A stretch of DNA of 63,417 bases, the filler included, from Aduncisulcus paluster (taxonomy: Eukaryota), in NCBI GenBank assembly GCA_024181965.1. It is 9 parts of 9 records of this genome, joined end to end, with 100 filler letters (N's around TTAATTAATTAA, not from the genome) between each part and the next. Parts side by side here need not be neighbours in the genome. Positions count along the whole stretch, not along the records: positions 1 to 2,752 come from BQXS01010083.1; positions 2,853 to 5,778 come from BQXS01010084.1; positions 5,879 to 13,936 come from BQXS01010085.1; 6 more parts are not named here. The stretch is one strand, 5' to 3'. Positions 1 through 10,700 of the stretch are shown here, piece after piece. A program made the translations under genes and the position numbers. The notes below the pieces were generated by a model. The model saw only the letters and a list, made by a program, of their open reading frames with translations, was not told the DNA's origin and made no database searches. Within the stretch, counting starts at the first letter, position 1; the number at the start of each line of letters is the position of its first letter.

Positions 1-1750
1 CGAGGGGAAGAGAAGTCTATCAGTATCAGGGACAGCATCACACCCGACACTGTCGCAATATCCAAGCACACATGGGCCTATAGGTCCACCTGAGAAAGGC
101 AGGGAGGAGGATGTGGTCGTGGGGAGCATCCTGGAAGGAACAATAGGAGGAGTGGCAGAGTGTGAAGCAGGGATAGAGGTCGACCGAGAGCCAGATGAAC
201 TGCCTCCAATGTCAAAGGCTCCAGGGGTGCCACGGCCTGAACTATGGCTTGACAAAGACTTGGCATCCTTACCCTTATCAAGGAACATGGATGATGTCAG
301 CGAGGAAGCAGCGGCTGAGAGGACATCTGGAGTGAAAGAAGGGAAAGAGGTGGGTACAGATTGTTGGGGGAAGCGTGGAGAATGAGTTCCAGGAGAGTTA
401 GTAGCAGACGATGAGATAGAGCCACACATGGGGGTGAAAACCATGGATGGAGTAAAGCAAAAGGGGGAAAATGAAGGATCAGAGCCAGACGTGGAACGAC
501 GCTCGGGACTACGGCTTCTTGGAGAAGCACTAGGGGAGATATGGGGTGATAATTGAGGCGTGGAGAGAGGGGAGGCTCTCATGACAGTAAGGGAACCTCC
601 AGGGGTGGGACACAGAATATTGGCAGGGCCATATGACTTTGTGAGTGGCTGTGCATCTTTCTTATCATGCTCGTCGCCCTGATTGTCTGGGTCATTCACA
701 ATTCCAGAGTATTTGAACTGATATAACTCGCCAAAGACACTTTCATTCTTAAGGTTGAGGAATTTAACAGCTCCTTCAACACCTGCTGGATGGGGAGTTG
801 ATACAACCATAATGACACCACTCAGTTCCGTGATACTACTGATTCTAACGAGGACAGCTTGTTTAACAATGCGAACAGAGTCACGATCTCCAGCAATACA
901 TACACATGGGACACGGCCAGTTGTTTGAGGGAAGTAAACAACAACCTTACCACTACCAAGACGTTGGAAGCGTTTTATCCCTTCTCCACGGCGACCAATG
1001 ATTCTACCGACAGACCAACAAGGTACATGCAACTGAACACACTCGTAATGCTCCATTAATGAGTCAAAGGTACGTTTGGCTATATTCAAGGAGGCAGGAC
1101 TTGTGGCTTCGATGGTGAGTTTTCCTTGGCCAGAGACATGCAGAGCTGCACGCTCTTGTTTGGAATGTTGTTGCAAAGAATCGAACCTTTCATCGCGTTT
1201 GGAAGAAGCATCAAAGAAATCATCACCAGAATCACGGGAAACAGATTTGGCAGATGTAGTTAAAATAAACTTACCAGGACCAATCAAATACCTATCAGCA
1301 GCAAAAGGTAAATCTAATTCCAAACGAGATTTAGCTCCAGATAAACGAGATCCTTGTTGTTTTAAAGCTTCATGGCGCAGCGATTTAACACGGGTATAAA
1401 TGGCTTCCAATGCAGCTTTGACTTTATCTTTGGAACCAATAACTATCGCCTTATTTTTATCTGTGTATCTAATTTCACATCCAGTCTCTTGACGCATTTT
1501 TTGAACGACACTTCCGCCTTGCCCTATTAAATGACGAATACAAAAGCGAGGCAATTCTTCTGACTCCATAGAAAACCGATTGGACCGACTGTGTTGACCC
1601 CATTTGCTTCTTCCTGGGCTTCGTGTTCCAGATCGACGATCAGTCTGATAAACATAAGAATAGAGTGTTAAAAATGCATACCGATGATCAAAATAAAAAT
1701 GAAATTGTGTTTATACGCAATTAACATACATAATGTTTCGTTGACTTCAT
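1..1750 (-). CDS. Multi-KH-domain RNA-binding protein (exons 1750-1730 and 1644-<1; 3' end runs off the window)
   Basis: Absent from the ORF track because there is no stop before position 1. Manual translation gives MKSTKHY|TDRRSG...IRHLIGQGGSVVQKMRQETGCEI (KH GxxG), a degenerate RYLIGPGK, and VGRIIGRRGEGIKRF (KH). The frame is open at the window edge. Confidence 0.8.
1645..1729 (-). other. Spliceosomal intron (85 nt) in the KH gene
   Basis: GTATGT...TTAAC...TATCAG. Removing it joins ATG AAG TCA ACG AAA CAT TAT in frame to ACT GAT CGT. Confidence 0.7.
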
Positions 1751-1974
1751 GTTGGTGTGTCAAACTTTGATTGCTACGTTTTCAATCCAACCAGAGAGGA
1801 TTTCCAGCATTTTCACACTTTTTAACAATAAATTATATTATTAGAGGAATTGAATTTCTTCAAATACTCAGTTTTATTTTTTTTAAGTTTCTAGATCTTG
1901 ATGATCCAAGAAACTTTCTTAGTCTATCGGGATACAACCCTAAATTAGGTAGTAAAAAACTACTTTGTTTATTT

Positions 1975-2752
1975 CTATATCATAATGTTTAATTCTAGTT
2001 GATGAATTGTTGTTCGTAATGCTTCTTCTTCGATTGAGAGATGATTCTGTAAAGTAATTAAACTTCTTTTAAGGGGTCGAATCAAATCAAGAATGTTCTT
2101 CTCCCGTGCTTCATCCTCTTCCACGAGTGTTGTTTTCCTTTCATAAGCCAAACCACTTCGCTCTCTCTCAAATACTTTCTCAACTGTGTCAAAAATAGGA
2201 CCTGTTTGCTCATACAAAGCCTGTGCATATTCACAGATCTGAATAACATGGAAAGCCAGATAAGCATTTGAATCAACAGCTCCATTATTAGTACTAGCTG
2301 AAGAAACACTCTCTTTCTTTTCTTTCTCCTGCTCTCCCTCTGGACTAGGTCTAGGTATAATGGGCATGGCTTCCCTACTTGGTCTCTTTGATTCTTCCCT
2401 TTGAGCGACTCTGAGGTGAATTGAATTGTATATCTTCCTCACAAAGTCTCGATGACAATAAATCAAATCCTGAATGCAAGTGCTCTTCTTCATTTTCTCG
2501 AGCATGGTCATCCACCCAGCTTCAAGGACATCCATGTGAATATAATACTGAATCCCAATGATGATATGCGACAGACGGGCTCGAATGCATCCGATGGCCC
2601 TGAAGATATCAGAAACCTCGGCTTTGACTCGTTTGGGAAGGAAGTATAGAGCTCTCCGGGCAGATGTGTTCAGCACCCAGACAGTTGTCAGTCGTTTCTC
2701 GGCCTTTCGTATCGTCCACATAAATCTGAACATCTCTCCATACGTGTCCATG
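1975..2752 (-). CDS. Gamma-tubulin complex component (Spc97/Spc98, GCP3-like), C-terminal fragment
   Basis: YGEMFRFMWTIRKAE...IQYYIHMDVLEAGW...IQDLIYCHRDFVRKI matches the GRIP2 pattern (Y..lF.fL..lkr; lq.Y...dVle..W; dlI..H..fL..I). The 5' end is cut at the contig edge. Confidence 0.75.
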
Positions 2753-2852
2753 NNNNNNNNNNNNNNNNNNNNNNNNNNNNNNNNNNNNNNNNNNNNTTAA
2801 TTAATTAANNNNNNNNNNNNNNNNNNNNNNNNNNNNNNNNNNNNNNNNNNNN
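2753..2852. other. Artificial contig-joining linker (N44-TTAATTAATTAA-N44). The same linker occurs at 5779-5878, 13937-14036, 19659-19758, 23998-24097, 38399-38498, 46496-46595 and 52972-53071
   Basis: The 100-nt spacer is identical each time and carries stops in all six frames. Genes are cut off at most of these linkers. Confidence 0.98.
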
Positions 2853-5778
2853 ATTGACTCTCTGACAACTTCTTGAGCAGGCACCAATATCAACTTGAGT
2901 CACACTGGGGCACACATCAACAGAGCTTATAAATACACTATCATTCTTTGTGTGGAAAAGGAAAGGGGCTTGTAAATGCAAATATATATCAATTGGTGTC
3001 CATTCTGTCCCTTTGTCCCTGTCTTCCCACCCTGAAGATATAAAAGCATACCGACGGGCTCTTTTCTGCCTTGCATCACGTGTCCATGGAGAATCGGTAT
3101 GAATGAATGCTTCAAGGACATCCAACGGACGAGGAGGGAAAGGTTGTGGCTCAGTAATTATGTGTGAGAGAGAAGGAGGGACAAGATGAGTGTATGCAGC
3201 GGCTAACAAGGACCTGGGTTTGTTGTATTTGTGAATTTGTTCAAGGTAAAATAATACAGACAATGGGAACGAATCCACATTGGAAGCGGAGAACAAAATG
3301 GAATGTGGAGAAAGTAAGGGTAATATTGAATGGGCAAAACCATTGGGAGAGCTGAGAGTCAGGTGGAAAGTCGAGAGATTCGTACTTACTGCATTTTCAA
3401 GCTCAAGTTTCTCTGCATATGCAGGAGGATATTTTGAAGCATTTGACTTCGAGAATCTACTCTTATTTAGGCGTGAAGTTGGGTTTCCAGTGGTTAATGG
3501 GATAGTTTGAGGCACTACTCTCCATCTGTTACGAGATGCAACCTTTAATCTTTGTTTTTCTGCCTCCAAAGCAGCTGCTTTCTCCATTTCTTCTCTTTTA
3601 AGTTCGATAAGCTTTTCGTTATCTACTTCTTCATCTGCTCTTCCAATATTTTCAAACAATAATCTTTCATTCTTTTCCGATTGTCCACTTATGTGACTCC
3701 TATTCTCGTCTAATTTGAACTGTGAGAAGTCGTCGCTTTGATCATTGTACAAATATGAAGAAAATAACTTTACGGAATGTCCTTTCGTGGGAATATGTGA
3801 GAAAATAAGAGGAGGAGGAATAGAATTCAACGGATTATCCGTTCTGTTGTGGAATAAAGACACACGAAGATGGTCTATTCCATTATTATTGACATCATAG
3901 TTAAAATAATGGTTACTCTTAACCATTGATGCCCTTCTAACTTCACTCAAAAGAGGAAGTGAAGAGAGACCATGGAAAACTTGAGTAACATCTTGTTGAT
4001 CGTTATTAATAACAACAAAACGGGGGAAAGATGGGAAAGATATGGGGAACTGCCTAATGTTATCAACTGTATCCCGTGAGAAGATACGAAGCCACTCATT
4101 TCTATTTTTAGTCAGACCGATATCTTTACATCCAGACACACTGCATCTCAAATTTCCTTCAACGTCAGCTCTGTCATCAAGGATGGGAGCTCCACCATCG
4201 ACTCCTTCAATGGTAGTAAACCCAGCCGTGTTAGCAGACAAGAGGTTATCCAGACTGTCCTGAACACTCAAACCGCTTGTGTTAACTCTTGAACCAAGGA
4301 ACAGAACCATCGAACAATGAGTATCTATTGTAGAATCACCCCATGCAGCCCTTAGGAGACTTTCTTCTCTTGCATCTTGATGAGGGAGAGATGGGACTGA
4401 GTTTTTAACCAAATCTAATAGTTTCTCAGCCTTTTGAACGGCACTTTCACTCACTCGTTTTTGTTTTACGAGTACTTTCATCCTTCTTAGATCCCTTTCT
4501 TTGTCTTTTACCTCATTCATGTGTTGAATAACCCATCGTTTAAGTGGAGCTTCTGCAGGATCAACCACTGTGAATACACCACCTTCACGCTCACACAGGG
4601 CAACACACTCACCGACAGATGTAGTCAGTGTCACTCCACTTGCTGAGAGAGACAAAGTATGCTGACCAAATAATAGAACACGAAGCGAATATTCCTCGGA
4701 CTTTGTCTTGGATCCCGAGGTGGAGGAGGAGGAAGACTGTTGTTGTTGGTCAACGATAGTCTTGACTTCTTCCAAACCCTCGCTTTCTTCCGTATCATTT
4801 CCGGAAACACTGGGAACTTCAGTGACTTCACACACACATACACATTGGCAATCAGCAATGGAAACGACGTTGCGTTCACATTCTGGTTCAGAAAAGAAAA
4901 GAGGAGGAAGAGGAGGCTGAGAAATTGAAATTCCATTCACAAATTGCGTAAACTTATCGTTGCATATCACAGAATCGAGATGTTGCTGTGAAATATTGGT
5001 AGCTATCTTTGATGTATGAGGAATCACAGTTCCATCGTTCATGAAAGTGACAAGGGGAACCTTAGTTGTTGGATGGATAAGTGATACATTTCCGGTATGA
5101 AATACACGATATACAACATTTTCAATACCATAAACACGATTCTCTTCCTCTTCTTTCCTCTTGCTTTCCTCCTCTTCTCTCTTCGATCTCTCCTCTTCTT
5201 CTTTTCTCTTCAGCTTCTTCTTCTTTTTTCTTCAGCTCTTCTTCTTCTTGTTTTGATAATTTCTTCGGTTTTCCAGTTTTCCCATTATCTTTCTCCTTAG
5301 AACTTTTCACTTTTTTAGCCACTTCATCCGCTCCTCTTCCTTCTTCTTCTCCTCCTTCTCCTTCATGTTGCTTTGTTTCATCATATGAAACAATTTCTAC
5401 GGCTTCCCTTTCTTTTTTCTTCCATACATTCTCACGATCTATTAATAGCTTGCTCTCTTGTTCCATCTCAAACTGATCGGTGCGAATGCATCCACATGCC
5501 CTTAATATACTAATGGTCTCCGTGGAAATGAAAGAAGCTAAAGGAGAAGACAAAGAGATTGAAAGATCAACATAGATCATGGAAAGACTGGGGGTTCCAA
5601 TCAGAGGCGAGGAAGAGAGAGAGGAGAGAGGAATCGACAGAGAGAGACCTTGTGGAAAATTAATACATAAAGTGCTGACAGGAGAGGGAGGAGAAGGAGG
5701 AAGAGAAGGAAGAGACAAGATAATCTCACCCTCTTCTTCTTCTTCTTCTTCTTGTTCTTTTCCTTTTCCTTTGCCTTT
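2853..5778 (-). CDS. Large hypothetical protein, partial at both ends. ORFs 5122-5718 and 2805-5042 are probably one gene with an indel near 5200-5230
   Basis: The frame of the 745-aa ORF extends upstream through ...KRKEEEENRVYGIENVVYRVFHTGNVSLIHPTTKVPLVTF-MNDG and continues the (EEEELKKK)-type repeat of the upstream ORF. No family recognised with confidence. Confidence 0.6.
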
Positions 5779-5878
5779 NNNNNNNNNNNNNNNNNNNNNN
5801 NNNNNNNNNNNNNNNNNNNNNNTTAATTAATTAANNNNNNNNNNNNNNNNNNNNNNNNNNNNNNNNNNNNNNNNNNNN

Positions 5879-7520
5879 CCAGAAGGTGATTCTTCGGATA
5901 GATATGTTTTTAGGTTTTGTCGGTACTTTTGTTGGTGCTGGGCTTTTGTCGAGCCTTGGTCCAACTGTGACGAATTACCTTGTGGTTTTTGGTGGGATTG
6001 ATCTCATTGTGTTCGTTGTGTTGTTATTTGTTGTGGCGTTTAGAAAAACACTTGAGAAACCCATTTCAATTGAAATGCTCTCTCCTCTATCAAATCCTGA
6101 AATTCCTAATGAAAATCAAATTCCTGATGAAAATCAAATTCCTGATGAAAATTTTTCCCCGATCTTTTCAGGAGCTGCAAAGGGAACTGAAATGCCCAAA
6201 CCGAAAGCAATTTTGGATCCAGTTTCTTCAGTCATTCCAAAGCCTCCACCCACAACTCAAAAGGCCACACTTCCTGATTCATACACCTTGAAAAAACCAG
6301 ACGGAATTATACCCCTGTGCATCATTGGAAAAGGTGGATTTGGTGAAGCTCTTCTTGTGGAGATTCCTGGGGTCAAAGAACCCTGTGTGTTCAAGAAAAT
6401 GCTTCGTCAAGCAGATGACGAGTTAGTGGATGATTTTAAAACAGAATTTAAAACCCAAAGAATGATGTTCAAAAAATGTTCAGAACGAATCCCAAAACCT
6501 CAATACATTTTCAATTTCCTCGACGAGGATCTCTATGGCACATTTGGATTCTCGATGGAATATTGTAGGGGTGGAAGCATTTCTGAGTTTGCCAAACGTT
6601 GGTGCATTGATAAGACCCCAGTACCTCCAAGTGACGAAGATTCTTCCGAGAGTTCAGACTCTGGGTCCCAACATGAGTCTCCAGATTCATACAATCCATT
6701 CAAACTTGCTTCCATTTGTATTTCTCTCATTGAATGTCTTGATGATGTTCAGCTGGGATTTGAAGAGAAAAAGAGGGAAACATTTGTCCATCGTGATCTC
6801 AAACCTGAAAACTTTCTTGTTCGAATTGATCCCAAGACAAATGAATGCAGAATTGTTCTTGGAGACTTAGGTTTGGTCAAACTGCAAGATTCTGCATCTT
6901 TGTCTACCTCAACAATGACATTTACTCAACACTCTATGTCTTCAATGACAAAAAAAGAAAAGAAGAAAGAAGACAAGGACTTAATTTGTGGAACTCTCAT
7001 TTACAATGCCCCAGAAGCTTTGCGAGGAAGACAAGATGCGAAGAGTGATGCTTACTCATTGGGAATGACAATGTATACATTATTCAACTGCTTTCCACCG
7101 TTTTTGGGTATTCCTGAATTTCAAATGAAGTTTCGTGAACAAGGTTCCCTTTCAGCTGTACTTCTTCGCTTAATGGAGGAAGAAAGCTTTTTCCCTGATA
7201 TCGAATTGTGTCAAATATTTTTGAATTTAAAGGAACAAGGTGGAAAGAAAGTTGCCAAGTGTTTGGCAAAAGTATTCGAAGGATTGACTAAAATCAACCC
7301 CGAAAAGAGAATGTCTGTTCATGAAGCTAGAATAGCAGTTCAAAAAATTAAACCTCTCGTTCCTCGTTTTGGGATGGGAGTCAAATGTCCATCAATCGGT
7401 GAGATTGTAGAGTCCCAGTTGATAAAATATGATGGTTACCCGGGAGATGTCGTTGATCCAGAATTATTAGTTCCAAAAAAAGGATGGTTTACCAGTATAG
7501 TTACCAGCATTTCACTTTGA
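5879..7520 (+). CDS. Ser/Thr protein kinase of a lineage-expanded family, with N-terminal hydrophobic/TM segments (5' end may be truncated)
   Basis: IGKGGFGEA, CVFKKM, MEYCRGGS, HRDLKPEN, DLG (in place of DFG), CGTLIYNAPE, DAYSLG. Two hydrophobic stretches precede RK, and IPxENQ is repeated three times at about 6100-6152. Confidence 0.9.
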
Positions 7521-7700
7521 TTAGTAAAATTTTGAATTTATTCTCACTGTTGGGCAGACATGAACAAGTATTCGAATTTAATTCGAGTCGAATTCGGTGT
7601 CCTAACAATTCTCTCATGGCAAAGCTTCAGAGTTCAAATTTACTTCTTTTTTCATAGATATTCATTCAAAATCAAACTAATACATCTTACTAAGATGATC

Positions 7701-10700
7701 TTAGAACATGTGGGAAGTGGATGGAGTTCTGACATCGAACACATCACGGCCATCATCATCACTTCCTTCACCAACACGTTCACCCATCTCAACCTTCTCA
7801 ATGGCAGCAACCATCTCCTCGGCATCAATGTCTTCAAGACCACTGACAAGAACAGTCTCAATCTTTTTGAGTTCACGGAAGCACTGTTGAGTAGGTTCAG
7901 CATAACAACCGTAGAGCTCACAGAGGATAACGAAGGATCTACGAACGAAAGGAGCAGCTCCTTCAGCATCCCCGCCATCTCTCAGCATCAAGGCAGTAGC
8001 AAGGTACTGTTCGGCAGTGATTGGGTGAGAGAATCCAAAGCAACGAACACAGACATCACAGCACTCATTCATGGTATCAATGCATTCAGTGTTGTCATCA
8101 ACACGGGATTGTTTGTGGGAAAGCTCAGCGATTGAACGAAGAGCAAGAACCATTTCACCACTGTTCCTGCCGTTAATGAGACAACCAAGGATACGCTTGA
8201 CACCTTCTAACATTTCCCTTGCTTTCTTGGAGAGGCAAGAAGGAGGAATACCAGCACAACGGTTCCAACGACTGTATTCACGTCTACCATTCTCTTCATG
8301 TCTGCTCTTCAACTGTAAGGCAGCTTCAAGAAGAAGGGAAGCGAATTTGAGAAGAGGAGCACCAAGAGAATCGGAGAGAGCGGGAGGGAGAGTAAATGAA
8401 TCATACTCAGAAGCATCTTCTTGAACAGATTCTTCAGCAACTCCACTTTGTTCCACTTGATCTTCTTCCTCGTCTTCAATAGGTTGTTTCTCGTCTTTGG
8501 GAGTAAATCCCTTGACAGAAACTTCTCCAAGCTCTGTTTCAAGAGAAATACCAAGTTTTTCAAGGATTTCCATGATCCCAGCATTAGCCTCAGAGAAGGC
8601 ACACAAAAGCTCGACATAAGATTGAGAAGCCTCCTCTCTCTCGGGTCCTCCAGATATCCACCATTTTGACCTCTTTCCCATCATGTCACTCTCACGTGCT
8701 TCAGTGTGGATTCTGACAGTCTCACTGACACACAAAGGAATGGACACAGAGACAGAGATACGTGGGTGAACATAATGGATTATATCCTCTCCAAATGGGA
8801 AGGGGGTGGCAAAATCGATGAGAGTGGTCTCACCATCACCCTCTCTCTTCTCGGGGTGCACTTCAACACCCATGTACTTGAAGATGGCATCAACACATCC
8901 TTGGAGGAATATACGATCACGAACACAGACAGAGAGTGGATAATTGTATTTGTTCACACACACTTCACTCACATAGTCCCAAACAGTCACACAGGTCTCA
9001 CGGTGAATGTCACTTGTGAAGATCTCATTCAAGTAGTGGAGAATAACCTGTTTGCTGTGGGATTGAACGAATTCACGAGAGAGAATGGAATCTCCAGGAA
9101 CGAAGGGGGCATTCTCTTCCTCAGGAACATCGTCAGAAGCAAGGGAACTAGAGAGGTCCTGGGAAACATCCTCACTCTTTTCCTTGGGAATGTAGCTGAG
9201 ACCATCACGGATAAGCACACAGATGACCCTAGCAAGCATCTCACGTTCACAAAGCTCACGGACAGCACCGCATTCACTGGCACTGCACACGGCTCCAAGG
9301 TATCTCTCATCAATACCCCACTCCTCCATCATGGCCACGAGTTCATCCCCAGTTGATGGGATAGGAGTCATATCAGAGGCACCAAGACCAGAGCAGTGCT
9401 CACCAACACCACTACACATGCCAGTGCCAGCAAGGACACCGCCGACAGTTGTAGAGGCAGAGAGGGAGCGTGTGGCATTTCCAAAGCTTGGAGTAGCAGA
9501 GAGAGAAGTTGAAGTCAGAGAGAGCTGTTCCTTCTTCTGGAGATGCTCATCCTTGGAAATTGACATGGAGTGGTTGAGGGTTGCCGCCTTGAGGTAGAGA
9601 CCATCAAGATCCTTGGCGAACTTAGGGATGAGCTCATCAGTGAGGTAGACAGAGCATCCACGGAGCATGTCAACATCATCCATACACATACCATTGCAGA
9701 GCTTACCAACTTCTTCAGAGGGACGAGGAGCAACATGTGCATCGGGGTTCAGGGGAGTCAAGGCCAAAGGTTTGGTGAGACTAACTTCTCCTTCCTCGTT
9801 CTTCCAGTACGTCACACGCTGACGCTCAGGGACAACACGAGGGATAAGGTTCTCCTTCTTGACAGCCAATTCAAGAGCAGGCACAGAGCTGTAACAGTTC
9901 TCACAGAGGTGGTACTGCTTCTTGACGATAGATCCGGCAGGGTTCACGTAAGAATAGTAAGAATACTCATTGATGATAGTCTTGCAATGATCACACAAAC
10001 GGGATGGGACAGTGTGGTACTCTGTGAATCCTGGCTTTAAGATACCTCCACAAGAATAGGAGGCAACGAGTTCAGGACGAAGACGGAAAGCGGTTGAACG
10101 GATCAAGAGCTCTTCATCCTCAATGTTTCTACCTTCAAGCTCATCCAAAGATCCATCCATAGCCTCAGACATATCACGAGGGAGACAGTGAGCAGATGGA
10201 AGAACGTAGAAANNNNNNNNNNNNNNNNNNNNGTACTGCTTCTTGACGATAGATCCGGCAGGGTTCACGTAAGAATAGTAAGAATACTCATTGATGATAG
10301 TCTTGCAATGATCACACAAACGGGATGGGACAGTGTGGTACTCTGTGAATCCTGGCTTTAAGATACCTCCACAAGAATAGGAGGCAACGAGTTCAGGACG
10401 AAGACGGAAAGCGGTTGAACGGATCAAGAGCTCTTCATCCTCAATGTTTCTACCTTCAAGCTCATCCAAAGATCCATCCATAGCCTCAGACATATCACGA
10501 GGGAGACAGTGAGCAGATGGAAGAACGTAGAAACAGTCAGGGGCAGCAGTTTGCTGGAATACCTTAGTGTGGATATCCAAGGGTAACCAAACACTCTGCA
10601 TTTCCTCTCCCTTGAGCATACGTTTCCCAAGACGAGTCTTACTCACGTGCTCAGCGAGGGCAGGAACAGCTCTGTGAGTTGCAACGTTCATGGCCTTTCC

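Noticed and set aside
2753-2852. Recurrent TTAATTAATTAA motif as a biological repeat or element end
   Set aside because: It always sits inside N44 pads and is a six-frame-stop linker used to concatenate contigs. Gene adjacency across it means nothing.
2853-5042. Assignment as SPAG17/PF6 central-pair protein
   Set aside because: Only a faint motif resemblance (PRFVVINND), which is not enough without a profile search.
9912-10532. Apparent internal domain duplications in CLU (also in cactin, GID8, the kinase and the giant ORFs)
   Set aside because: Each pair is near-identical and sits exactly either side of a 20-N gap, so these are unmerged scaffold overlaps.
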